Positions 54,674 through 64,000 of a stretch of DNA of 64,000 bases are shown piece by piece. Positions within the stretch are counted from its first letter, which is position 1, and each line of letters begins with the position of its first letter. Both the position numbers and the translations under genes were made by a program. Below the pieces are notes generated by a model, which was not told the origin of the DNA, did not search any database, and worked only from the letters and a program-made list of their open reading frames with translations. Origin of the DNA: an uncultured Aliarcobacter sp. (lineage in GTDB: Bacteria; Campylobacterota; Campylobacteria; Campylobacterales; Arcobacteraceae); the NCBI GenBank assembly GCA_963664305.2, contig CAXXLV010000002.1, positions 1,056,001-1,120,000 of the forward strand, written 5' to 3'.

Positions 54674-57600
54674 ATGATTTCTTCATTTTTTATAAGAAAA
54701 CCAGTATTTGCTGGTGTTTTATCAATTATAATATTTTTAACGGGAATAATTGCAATGTTCAATTTACCAATTGAACAATATCCAAGAGTTTTGCCGCCTC
54801 AAATTATTGTAAGTACTTCATATCCAGGAGCAAGTGCAGATACTATTGCAAAAACTGTTGCTGCTCCACTTGAAGAAAAAATAAATGGTGCAAAAAATAT
54901 GCTTTATATGAACTCTATTGCAGAGGATAGTGGAAGATTAAGTATTAATATATTTTTTGAAATTGGAACTGATCCAGATAGTGCAAAGATTGATGTAAAT
55001 AACAGAGTTCAAGCAGCTTTATCAAAAATGCCTGAACAAGTACAAAGACAAGGTGTTGTTGTAGGTGAAAGAAGTCCAAGTATTTTGATGTTTGCTATGC
55101 TTCAATCTCCAAATAATACTTATGATTCAATATATTTATCAAATTATGCTTTATTAAACTTAGTTGAATCATTAAAAAGGGTTAAAGGAGTTGGAGATGC
55201 AATGATTTTTGGGGCAAAAGATTATTCTATTAGAATCTGGATGGACCCTTTAAAATTATCAAAATATTCTCTTGCTACAACTGATGTTATAAATGCAATA
55301 AAAGAACAAAATAATCAATATGCAGCTGGAAAAATTGCAGCTGAGCCAATTGATCAAAAACAAATGTATACATATACGATCAGAACTCCACAAAGATTTG
55401 AAAATCCTGCTCAATTTGGAAATATTGTAATTAGAGCAAATGAAGATGGGAGTACTTTAAAACTAAAAGATATTGCAACTGTTGAATTAGGAGCAAGTGA
55501 TTATAGTGTTCAGACAAGATTAAATGGTTCTCCATCAATTCCTATTGGAGTATTTTTACAAAGTGGGGCAAACTCTTTAGAAACTGCAGCTGCAATTAAA
55601 AGAGCTTTAGAAGATGCTAGTAAAAATTTCCCAGAAGATATGACATATAGTATTCCTTATGATAGTACAGATTTTATTTCTGCTTCTATTCATGATGTTG
55701 TTAAAACTTTTGTTGAAGCACTATTACTTGTTATTTTAATTATTTTTATTTTCCTACAAAGCTGGAGAGCAACTATTATTCCATTTATTGCCGTTCCTGT
55801 ATCAATTGTTGGTGCATTTGCTGGAATGTATGCTTTAGGATTTAGTATCAACTTACTGACTCTATTTGGTTTAGTTCTAGCAATTGGTATCGTTGTTGAT
55901 GATGCTATTATTGTTATTGAAAATATTGAAAGACATATGGAAGAAGGAAAAACTCCAAAAGAAGCTGCATTTATTGCGATGAAGGAAGTAACTGGAGCTT
56001 TAATTGCTATTATTTTAGTTTTAGGTGCTGTATTTATCCCTGTTGCATTTATGGGTGGATTAAGTGGAGAAATGTATAGACAATTTGCCATTACTATTGT
56101 TATTTCAGTTATTATTTCTGGATTTGTTGCTTTAACATTAACACCTGCTCTTTGTGTAAAAATTTTAAAAAATAAAAAACATGAGCCAAAAGGTTTTTTC
56201 AAATGGTTTAATACTATGTTTGAAAAAGCAACAAAAGGTTATTCTTCATTAGTTAAAAAAAGTATTAGATTCTCATTAATATCTATTTTATTATATGCTG
56301 GATTAGTGTTTGTATCTTGGGATATGTTTAAATCAATGAAAACTGGACTTCTTCCAGATGAAGACCAAGGAACAATTTTCGTATTTGGATTTAACCCTCC
56401 TGGATATTCTATGTCAAAATCTTTAGAATTAAGTGAAGAGATAAATAAAATTATTGCAAATGACCCAAGTGTTAATAATATCATTACACTTGCAGGTTAT
56501 GACTTTACAACTTCTGCTCAAAGAAGTCATACAGTTGCAACAATTATTAAATTAAAAAACTGGAGTGAAAGACCAAATCCAGATCAAGAAGCAAAAGCAC
56601 TTTTAGCTAAATTTAGTAAACAATTAATGGGAACAAGCGAAGGATTCTCTTTTGCCGTTGTTCCACCTCCTATTATGGGTATGAGTGTTACTGGTGGATT
56701 TGATATGTATATTCAAGATAGAAAAGGTGGTTCTATTGAAGATTTAGGAAATATCGTAAATCAAGTAATAGAAAAAGCTAAAACTAGACCTGAATTAATG
56801 GGAGTTAGAACAGCGTTAACTGCCAATATTCCTCAATTTAAAATCGATGTAGATATTGAAAAAGCAAAAGCAAAAGGTGTAAGTGTAAGTGATATTTATA
56901 GTACAATAAATGCCACTTTTGGAAGCTACTATGTAAATGATTTTTCACTTTATGGAAGAAGTTATAGAGTAAATCTACAAGCAAAAGATGAATTCAGAAA
57001 TAATGTTGATGATTTCCAATATGTTTATGTAAGATCTTCAACTGGTGAACTTTTACCAATCAACTCATTTATAACTTATAAAAAAGTTGTTGGTGCTGAT
57101 ATTGTTGAAAGATTTAACCTTTTCCAAGCAGCAAAAGTTTCAGGGCAACCTGCACCTGGATATAGTTCAGGAGATTCTTTAAAAGCTATAGAAGAAGTTG
57201 CAAAAGAAGTTTTACCAGAAGGTTATACAATCAGCTGGACAGGAACTGCTTACCAAGAAAAACAAGTTGGTGGAAGTTCTGCTCAAGCATTTATATTTGG
57301 TCTTGTATTTTTATTCTTAATTCTTTGTGCACTTTATGAAAGATGGTTATTACCAATTTCTGTAGTTTTAGCTGTACCATTTGCAATTTTTGGAGCAATT
57401 CTTGCTACAAATTTAAGACACTTAGATAATAATATCTATTTCCAAATTGGACTTTTAGTTCTTGCTGGACTTGCAGCTAAAAATGCAATTTTAATTGTTG
57501 AATTTGCTTTACAAAAACAAAAAGAGGGACTAAAACTAATTGATGCTGCTATTGAAGCTGCAAAAGTAAGACTTAGACCAATTATTATGACTTCATTAGC

Positions 57601-57802
57601 ATTTACTGTTGGAGTTATGCCACTTGCTATTAGTAGTGGAGCTGGAGCTGCAAGTAAGCACTCTATTGGAACGGGAGTTGTTGGAGGAATGTTAAGTGCT
57701 ACGTTTATAGCGATTTTATTTATTCCATTATTCTTTGTTTTAATTTCAAGACTTACTGGTCACAAAGATGACGAAGTTCTAACAAATAAAGAAGAGGAAT
57801 AA
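54674..57802 (+). CDS. HAE1 RND multidrug efflux transporter (AcrB/CmeB-like)
   Basis: FFIRKPVFA, LPIEQYP, proton relay GIVVDDAI, AKNAILIVEFA, RLRPIIMTS. Confidence 0.96.
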   Translation: MISSFFIRKPVFAGVLSIIIFLTGIIAMFNLPIEQYPRVLPPQIIVSTSYPGASADTIAKTVAAPLEEKINGAKNMLYMNSIAEDSGRLSINIFFEIGTDPDSAKIDVNNRVQAALSKMPEQVQRQGVVVGERSPSILMFAMLQSPNNTYDSIYLSNYALLNLVESLKRVKGVGDAMIFGAKDYSIRIWMDPLKLSKYSLATTDVINAIKEQNNQYAAGKIAAEPIDQKQMYTYTIRTPQRFENPAQFGNIVIRANEDGSTLKLKDIATVELGASDYSVQTRLNGSPSIPIGVFLQSGANSLETAAAIKRALEDASKNFPEDMTYSIPYDSTDFISASIHDVVKTFVEALLLVILIIFIFLQSWRATIIPFIAVPVSIVGAFAGMYALGFSINLLTLFGLVLAIGIVVDDAIIVIENIERHMEEGKTPKEAAFIAMKEVTGALIAIILVLGAVFIPVAFMGGLSGEMYRQFAITIVISVIISGFVALTLTPALCVKILKNKKHEPKGFFKWFNTMFEKATKGYSSLVKKSIRFSLISILLYAGLVFVSWDMFKSMKTGLLPDEDQGTIFVFGFNPPGYSMSKSLELSEEINKIIANDPSVNNIITLAGYDFTTSAQRSHTVATIIKLKNWSERPNPDQEAKALLAKFSKQLMGTSEGFSFAVVPPPIMGMSVTGGFDMYIQDRKGGSIEDLGNIVNQVIEKAKTRPELMGVRTALTANIPQFKIDVDIEKAKAKGVSVSDIYSTINATFGSYYVNDFSLYGRSYRVNLQAKDEFRNNVDDFQYVYVRSSTGELLPINSFITYKKVVGADIVERFNLFQAAKVSGQPAPGYSSGDSLKAIEEVAKEVLPEGYTISWTGTAYQEKQVGGSSAQAFIFGLVFLFLILCALYERWLLPISVVLAVPFAIFGAILATNLRHLDNNIYFQIGLLVLAGLAAKNAILIVEFALQKQKEGLKLIDAAIEAAKVRLRPIIMTSLAFTVGVMPLAISSGAGAASKHSIGTGVVGGMLSATFIAILFIPLFFVLISRLTGHKDDEVLTNKEEE

Positions 57803-57812
57803 ATTCTCTTCT

Positions 57813-58406
57813 TTATTTTAAAAAAGGATTTATATTTATTTTAAATATAACATCCTTTGCCTCTTTAAAAGATTCCTTTGTAATTACCTCATTAATAGAA
57901 ATAAAATTTTGCCAATAAGTTGAGATAAACCAATTTAATTTAGCAGAAAGTAAAATCTCATCTTCACTCATTTTTCTAAAAATCTCTTTTGAAATAAAAT
58001 ACTCAATTAGCATTTTTATTTGCTCAATTCTAAGATTTTGTCTTTCGATAAAAATCTCTTTAAATTTAGGTAATGTAGAGATTAAAACAGATGAATCTCT
58101 CATAATAAACTTATAATCCCAAAAAATATCTAAATATAAATCATACATTATAGATAACTCTTCTAAAGGATTTTGACTATTTAATATCTTATCAAAGCTA
58201 TTTAATCTTTCAAATTCTTCAATCATATCTTCATAAATATCAATAATAATATCTTCTTTATTTTTGTAATGATAATACAAATTTCCCGTAGAAATTTTTG
58301 CACTTATTGCAATATGATTTGTTGTAATAGAAAATGTATCATTTTCATTAAACAAATCTAAGGCATATTTTTTTATCTTTTTTTTACTTACTGACTCTTT
58401 TTTCAT
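57813..58406 (-). CDS. TetR/AcrR family regulator
   Basis: ALDLFNE...TTNHIA....ISTGNLYYHYKNKEDI HTH. Confidence 0.93.
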   Translation of the reverse strand: MKKESVSKKKIKKYALDLFNENDTFSITTNHIAISAKISTGNLYYHYKNKEDIIIDIYEDMIEEFERLNSFDKILNSQNPLEELSIMYDLYLDIFWDYKFIMRDSSVLISTLPKFKEIFIERQNLRIEQIKMLIEYFISKEIFRKMSEDEILLSAKLNWFISTYWQNFISINEVITKESFKEAKDVIFKININPFLK

Positions 58407-58442
58407 AACTGATTATACTTTTTTTTAACTTTTCAAATAATT

Positions 58443-58462
58443 ATTAGAGTATTTACTCTAAT
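58443..58462. promoter_or_regulatory. Putative TetR operator
   Basis: Perfect 9-2-9 palindrome ATTAGAGTA-TT-TACTCTAAT between divergent tetR and DinB-family genes. Confidence 0.8.
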
Positions 58463-58518
58463 TTTAAGTTATAATTAATTTGTATAAATATAAAATTTTC
58501 TATCACAAAGGAGTTAAT

Positions 58519-59082
58519 ATGAAACTAGCACCTCCTGGTTCAGGTTTACCAAATCTTGAAAAACTTTTTATAAAAAAAGTTTTAGTTCCAACAATAAGAA
58601 TCCTAATAACTTGGAATATTGCCCTATTTTTATTACAAAGAGAACTAAGAATTATTGATAAATTATTAAAACCTATTGATAAAACCTTACTAACACAAAA
58701 AACACTTATAGATAGAACTTTTGCCATTGAAGATGATACAAGACAATTTTCAATAAATATGGTTTTAGAACATTTAGAAATTGCAGGAAATAAAGTCAAA
58801 AATATTATTGAAACTTTAAGTTTGGAAAAAGAGTTTGATGAAGATATAAAAATAGAAAATGTAAAACCAAAACAAAATGTTGAAAATCAATATGAAAGTT
58901 TTAAAAAGTTCTATGAACAGTATATTTCGTTTATAAAATCTTTAGATAAAAAACAATCAAAAAAGAAGAAAAAACATCCTTGGTTTACAGAATTTAATAA
59001 TTACGATTGGAGTGTATTTATGTTTATGCATACATTTATACATAGAAGACAAATCGAAGCAATAATAAAGGAACTAAAATGA
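58519..59082 (+). CDS. DinB/YfiT-like metal-binding four-helix protein
   Basis: FSINMVLEHL, HPWF, MHTFIHRRQI (three-His pattern); ATG 58519 behind AAGGAG. Confidence 0.75.
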   Translation: MKLAPPGSGLPNLEKLFIKKVLVPTIRILITWNIALFLLQRELRIIDKLLKPIDKTLLTQKTLIDRTFAIEDDTRQFSINMVLEHLEIAGNKVKNIIETLSLEKEFDEDIKIENVKPKQNVENQYESFKKFYEQYISFIKSLDKKQSKKKKKHPWFTEFNNYDWSVFMFMHTFIHRRQIEAIIKELK

Positions 59083-59282
59083 GTAAAAATTCAATAGGAA
59101 CAATATTTAGAATTTTCTTAATATTTTTTTCATTAATTAGTTTTTGGCTTGTAACTCTTGCTATATTTTATTTTGTAATTTCATTAATATTTAGTATAGA
59201 GCTTAATTTAAAAACATACTTTATTCTGTTTTCTTGTTTTATAATTTTTAGGATGTTTTATCCTAAAAATGCTTTTGTTTAA
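59079..59282 (+). CDS. Small two-TM membrane protein
   Basis: ATGA overlap with upstream stop, AGGA RBS, two hydrophobic helices. Confidence 0.6.
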   Translation: MSKNSIGTIFRIFLIFFSLISFWLVTLAIFYFVISLIFSIELNLKTYFILFSCFIIFRMFYPKNAFV

Positions 59283-59866
59283 ATAAGTGCTTCAATCCAA
59301 GAGATTACTTGATTTAAAGTTTCGGGCTCTTTTTTTGACATAAATACATAAGGTTTATTTTTTCTATTTTCTCTTACATCTTTTTCCATATCAACTAAAT
59401 CTATATCAACGTATGGCGCTAAATCTATTTTATTTACAATTAAAAGGTCAGAAAACAATAACCCTGCTCCTTTTTTTCTTGGAATATCAGCACCTTGTGC
59501 TACATCAATTACATAAATATAATAATCAATTAACTCATAAGAGAAAGTAGCACTAAGATTGTCTCCTCCACTTTCTACAAAAACAATATCAGGATTATAT
59601 TTTTCTTCAAGTTCAACAACTGCTTTTTGATTCATTGAAATATCATCCCTTATTGCTGTATGAGGACAACCACCAGTTTCTACTCCTATGATTCTATTGC
59701 TATCTAAATCAAGAGTTTTTTTTAGATAGTTTGCATCTTCAGTTGTATAAATATCATTTGTTACAATTCCTAAAGAGTATTTATCTTTTAGTAAATTTGT
59801 TAAAGTTTCAATTAGTGAAGTCTTTCCACTTCCAACTGGTCCTGCTATTCCTATTTTTAGGCTCAT
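59279..59866 (-). CDS. ureG: Urease accessory GTPase UreG
   Basis: [39 protein letters not shown]. Confidence 0.97.
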   Translation of the reverse strand: MSLKIGIAGPVGSGKTSLIETLTNLLKDKYSLGIVTNDIYTTEDANYLKKTLDLDSNRIIGVETGGCPHTAIRDDISMNQKAVVELEEKYNPDIVFVESGGDNLSATFSYELIDYYIYVIDVAQGADIPRKKGAGLLFSDLLIVNKIDLAPYVDIDLVDMEKDVRENRKNKPYVFMSKKEPETLNQVISWIEALI

Positions 59867-59875
59867 TTTTTTCCT

Positions 59876-60562
59876 TTATGTTGTGAACATCTTTGGTTCT
59901 AAATTTTTATGTGCAAATATAATCTCTTCAAAAAGTGGATTAAAATTTGTGATTTTATTTTCTATATTTTTATAATCAAATTTTTCTAAAATATCATCTA
60001 TTTCAAAAAGCATCTTTTGTATTTCACTTGGTTTTATTCTTGAAATTTTTAGTGTTGTAACTGCAATATTTATAAGATTTTTCTTTGTCCACATAACAAT
60101 AAAATCTTCTATTGAAATATCCATATCAAAAGCCATACAAGCTAAAACTATTATTTCATTTCCTGCACATTTTTTATTTTCAATCAATGAAAAATACTCT
60201 TTCACAATATCTTTTGAAGCAAGATTTTTAATTTGTACAAAATAGTTTTGACCAATATTTTGAGATGCTTTTGCATATTCAAAAGTCAAATAAGCTCCAA
60301 GGGAATTATCAAGTTTTTTTAAAATGCCTAATTTCTCTTTTTCTAAAGCTTCATAAACTTTTTTAACATAAACAAACTCTATTTTTGAATATTGGTCAAT
60401 TATTAGATTTTCTAAATAGATTTTTAAACTATTTATATCTTTTACTTTTTCTTTTAAAACATGAGGTTCAAGTCCAAAAGAGTGTACAAATACACCTGAT
60501 GGAAAACTTCCATCAAGTATTTGCATAAATCTACTAAGGCTTTTTAGATTTGTTTTTTGCAT
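59876..60562 (-). CDS. ureF: Urease accessory protein UreF
   Basis: QILDGSFPSG.F.HSFGLE, C-terminal H....KMF.T; start placed just after ureE stop (upstream starts possible). Confidence 0.9.
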   Translation of the reverse strand: MQKTNLKSLSRFMQILDGSFPSGVFVHSFGLEPHVLKEKVKDINSLKIYLENLIIDQYSKIEFVYVKKVYEALEKEKLGILKKLDNSLGAYLTFEYAKASQNIGQNYFVQIKNLASKDIVKEYFSLIENKKCAGNEIIVLACMAFDMDISIEDFIVMWTKKNLINIAVTTLKISRIKPSEIQKMLFEIDDILEKFDYKNIENKITNFNPLFEEIIFAHKNLEPKMFTT

Positions 60563-60563
60563 A

Positions 60564-61010
60564 TTAGTGGCTATGGTGTGCTTTTCCATTTGGTTTGAAA
60601 TAACCTTTTGTTTTTTCACACTTTATTTTTTCATTTGTATAACAATCTTTTATAATATCGCTTAAAGAGATATCATCTAAAACTATGATTTTAAACTCTT
60701 CAATCATTACTGGTTGATGACGGTTTCCTATCTCATAAGCTGTTTTTGCAAAAGTTAAAGCATCACTAAACTCTAAAGTAAAAATCTCATCTTCACTTCT
60801 ACTCACTTTTATTCCAACACCATCTTCACAAACTAAAATATCATTTTCATGAAGATGAGTAAATTTAGCTTTTACTACTAGATTTACTCCTTTTTTAGTA
60901 ACAGCTGTTAAATTTGGCTTTTGCATATCAAACCAAGATAACTCAACCTCATCACTAAAAGGTATATCTTTTTTAATTTCTATTATTTTTTTTATCACAC
61001 TAAATTGCAA
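60564..61010 (-). CDS. ureE: Urease nickel chaperone UreE
   Basis: AYEIGNRHQP, C-terminal HHSH. Confidence 0.93.
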   Translation of the reverse strand: MQFSVIKKIIEIKKDIPFSDEVELSWFDMQKPNLTAVTKKGVNLVVKAKFTHLHENDILVCEDGVGIKVSRSEDEIFTLEFSDALTFAKTAYEIGNRHQPVMIEEFKIIVLDDISLSDIIKDCYTNEKIKCEKTKGYFKPNGKAHHSH

Positions 61011-61019
61011 AATTTTTTC

Positions 61020-62723
61020 CTAAAACATAAAATATCGTCTTGCCATTGGCACTTTTTCAACATAATTTGATTCGATTAATTGTCCATTGATTTTTACATC
61101 ATATGTTTCACTATCTATTTCAATATCACCTATAAAATCATTTAGTTTCATATCAGCTTTACCAATATTTCTAACATTTTTTACTGGCAATACCTCTTTT
61201 GAAATTCCTAATTTATCTTTTAGATTTGAACTAGCTACTTTTGAAGTAAATATTACACTTGTAGCACTACTAGCTCGTCCTAGACTTCCAAACATAGGTC
61301 TATACATATTTGGTTCTGGTGTTGGAATTGATGCGTTACTATCACCCATCATAGCAAGTGCAATAAATCCACCTTTTATGATGATTTCAGGTTTTACTCC
61401 AAAAAATGCTCGATTCCATAAAACTAAATCTGCCATTTTTCCAACTTCTACACTTCCCACATATTCATCAATTCCAGAAGCAATTGCCGGATTTATAGTA
61501 TATTTTGCGATATATCTTTTGATTCTATTGTTATCACTTTTTTCATCATCACCAACTAAAACTCCACGTTGTTGTTTCATACTGTCAGCAACTTGCCAAG
61601 TTCTAATAATAACTTCTCCTACTCTTCCCATAGCTTGAGAGTCTGAACTAGTTATTGAAATAGCTCCTAAATCATGTAACACATCTTCAGCAGCAATTGT
61701 TTTTCCTCTGATTCTACTCTCTGCAAAACTAACATCTTCAGGAATTTTTGGACTTAAATGATGACAAACCATAAGCATATCAAGATGTTCTTCAATTGTA
61801 TTTTTAGTATATGGCAAAGTTGGATTTGTACTTGATGGAAGTACATTTGATAGACCTGCAACTTTCATAATATCAGGTGCATGACCACCACCAGCTCCTT
61901 CACTATGGAAAGTATGAATTGTTCTATTTTTAAATGCTCCAACTGTTGCTTCAACAAATCCTGATTCATTAAGTGTATCTGTATGAATTGCAACTTGAAC
62001 ATCAAAATCATCAGCAACACTTAAACAAGTATCAATAGCATTTGGCGTACTTCCCCAATCTTCATGAAGTTTTAATCCCATAGCACCAGCTTCTATCTGA
62101 ACTTTTAAAGCTTCATATGATGAACTATTTCCTTTTCCCATAAATCCAAAATTTAAAGGTAAATCATCAACACTTTGTATCATCTTACTTATATTCCACT
62201 CTCCTGGAGTACAAGTTGTAGCATTTGTTCCAGTATTTGGACCAGTTCCTCCACCTATCATAGTAGTAACTCCAGAACTTAAAGCTTCATCTATTTGACC
62301 TGGACTTATAAAGTGAATATGTGTATCTATTCCACCTGCAGTTATAATTTTTCCCTCAGCTGAAAGAATTTCAGTATTTGCTCCAATTTCTAAACCATGA
62401 GTTATTCCATCACAAAGATTTGGATTCCCTGATTTTCCAATGGCTAAAATTTTTCCATCTTTGATTCCAATATCTGCTTTATAAATCCCTGTATAATCAA
62501 TAATGATTGCATTTGTAATAATCAAATCAGCAACATCAACAGCAGTTGGACTTTGAGCCATACCATCACGTACAGTTTTCCCACCACCAAACTTACTCTC
62601 TTCACCATAAGTTGTATAATCTTTTTCTATTTTAGCAATTAACGAAGTATCAGCAAGTCTAAATCTATCACCAACAGTTGGTCCATACATAGAAGCATAT
62701 TTTTCTTTTGATATTTTATACAT
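61020..62723 (-). CDS. ureC: Urease alpha (large catalytic) subunit
   Basis: [52 protein letters not shown]. Confidence 0.98.
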   Translation of the reverse strand: MYKISKEKYASMYGPTVGDRFRLADTSLIAKIEKDYTTYGEESKFGGGKTVRDGMAQSPTAVDVADLIITNAIIIDYTGIYKADIGIKDGKILAIGKSGNPNLCDGITHGLEIGANTEILSAEGKIITAGGIDTHIHFISPGQIDEALSSGVTTMIGGGTGPNTGTNATTCTPGEWNISKMIQSVDDLPLNFGFMGKGNSSSYEALKVQIEAGAMGLKLHEDWGSTPNAIDTCLSVADDFDVQVAIHTDTLNESGFVEATVGAFKNRTIHTFHSEGAGGGHAPDIMKVAGLSNVLPSSTNPTLPYTKNTIEEHLDMLMVCHHLSPKIPEDVSFAESRIRGKTIAAEDVLHDLGAISITSSDSQAMGRVGEVIIRTWQVADSMKQQRGVLVGDDEKSDNNRIKRYIAKYTINPAIASGIDEYVGSVEVGKMADLVLWNRAFFGVKPEIIIKGGFIALAMMGDSNASIPTPEPNMYRPMFGSLGRASSATSVIFTSKVASSNLKDKLGISKEVLPVKNVRNIGKADMKLNDFIGDIEIDSETYDVKINGQLIESNYVEKVPMARRYFMF

Positions 62724-62746
62724 GGTAATTCCTTTCAGTCATCATC

Positions 62747-63424
62747 TTACTCTCCTAAAAACTTTGAAAGATTTTGCATAGCTTTAGCCTTAACATTTTC
62801 ATCATCTAAGAAACCTTCAACTAAACCATTAAATCCACTAACATATCTTCTACCACTAAAATCAATCAAGTTTACACTCTTTTTACTTCCTGGCTCAAAT
62901 CTTACAGATGTTCCTGCAGGAATATCTATTCTTTTTCCATAAGCTTTAACTCTTTCAAAACTAAGTTCTTTATTTACTTCAAAGAAATGGTAGTGAGAAC
63001 CCACTTGAACTGGTCTATCACCTTTATTTTCTATTTCAATTGTAATAATATCTTTTGAAGAGTTTAGTTCTATTTCACCCTCATCTACAAGATATTCTCC
63101 AGGAATTAACTTATTTTTATCATAAGGAATTGGATTATGAACAGTAACTAATTTTGTACCATCTTCAAATGTTGCTTCAACTTGAACCATATACATCATA
63201 GATGCAACACCTTCAAGAACATCATCTTCTTTTAAAACTTTTGTAGCATCAACCATAAGTTGTGCAACACTTTTTCCATCTCGTGCACCCTCAATTATAT
63301 ATGAGCTTAAAATTGAAACTGCTTCAGGATAGTTTAGTTTTAAACCTCTCTCTTTTCGCTCTAAGGCTAACTTTGAAGCTGTATAAATCAATAACTTTTC
63401 TTGTTCTCTATTTGTTAAAAACAT
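62747..63424 (-). CDS. ureA: Urease fused gamma/beta subunit
   Basis: Gamma ([28 protein letters not shown]) fused to beta ([32 protein letters not shown]). Confidence 0.97.
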   Translation of the reverse strand: MFLTNREQEKLLIYTASKLALERKERGLKLNYPEAVSILSSYIIEGARDGKSVAQLMVDATKVLKEDDVLEGVASMMYMVQVEATFEDGTKLVTVHNPIPYDKNKLIPGEYLVDEGEIELNSSKDIITIEIENKGDRPVQVGSHYHFFEVNKELSFERVKAYGKRIDIPAGTSVRFEPGSKKSVNLIDFSGRRYVSGFNGLVEGFLDDENVKAKAMQNLSKFLGE

Positions 63425-63433
63425 TTTTCCTCC

Positions 63434-64000
63434 TTATTGTTTACCTAAATTAAATTTATTTTTATTTAACTCTTTTCTATAAAGTTCCCAAATCTTAAAA
63501 ATTTGACTTTTTAACTCAAACATATTGTTTGAACTGATTACTCCAAGAATGATTTTTTTATTTTTAGTGTATGTAAAACTTTCAAACTTTTCCAAATAAA
63601 TCTTATTTAAAAACTCTTCATTGTTATTTGTTTTTATATAAATCTTTGCAAAAATAAAATTAGTACTACTTTTTCTACTGATATAATCTTTTAATTCATC
63701 ACCTTTTACATCAAATTTTTCCATATACTCAATACTTTTTTCACAATAAAATGAGTTTTTTATAAGCATATTTGAAAAATCAAAATTCTCAAAACTTCTT
63801 CCACGACTTAAAATATCTGTATAAAAAAAAGTTGAATTTTCATCACTTTTTAGATTAAAAAACTGAATATAACGTGAGTTTTTGTATAAAATCAACTCAT
63901 CATTTATAAACTCTAAATTTGAGTTATTTTTCAAAACAATGTCAATTTTTTGGATTCCAAACTCTTTTTTGCTAGGATATATTTTTGTAGCTGATTCAGT
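63434..64000 (-). CDS. ureD: Urease accessory protein UreD/UreH (5' part outside window)
   Basis: Frame open to the window edge, reading TESATKIYP (UreD T.ATKIY motif) and D.L..GR..E.F; directly upstream of ureA. Confidence 0.8.
   Translation of the reverse strand, partial: TESATKIYPSKKEFGIQKIDIVLKNNSNLEFINDELILYKNSRYIQFFNLKSDENSTFFYTDILSRGRSFENFDFSNMLIKNSFYCEKSIEYMEKFDVKGDELKDYISRKSSTNFIFAKIYIKTNNNEEFLNKIYLEKFESFTYTKNKKIILGVISSNNMFELKSQIFKIWELYRKELNKNKFNLGKQ

Overview
AT-rich chromosomal window from an epsilonproteobacterium (Campylobacterota). The 16S sequence, gene content and Ile-Ala spacer order point to Arcobacteraceae. It is mostly core genome: rubrerythrin; a long envelope/housekeeping run (secreted nuclease, murJ, msbA-like, pyrD, M16 peptidase, globin, dapA, FabL-like reductase, pgsA, rseP, yggS); a CetA/CetB-like split aerotaxis receptor; trpC and trpF; oorDABC; pldA; a two-component system; a nucleobase-salvage cluster; and a complete rRNA operon on the minus strand (16S-tRNA-Ile-tRNA-Ala-23S-5S) followed by an atypical tRNA-Thr(GGT). 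Further right are pgm-galU-pgi, xth, a membrane diguanylate cyclase, a MarR-associated tripartite RND pump, a TetR/DinB pair and a urease operon (ureD truncated by the window edge). I found no CRISPR array, transposase, integrase, prophage or defence island, and I cannot claim a clearly new multi-gene system. The best leads are: (i) a membrane-protein gene with no ATG/GTG/TTG start, apparently ATA-initiated, with a 16-bp inverted repeat over its RBS; (ii) a tRNA-Thr with U14 and an A27:G43 mismatch; (iii) a PecS/UrtR-like MarR with twin operators in front of the RND pump; (iv) a perfect TetR operator at a DinB-family gene; (v) a short MurJ, a stand-alone alarmone-hydrolase-like HD protein and a hybrid-architecture urease locus. 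All product calls come from motif recognition by eye, without database searches.
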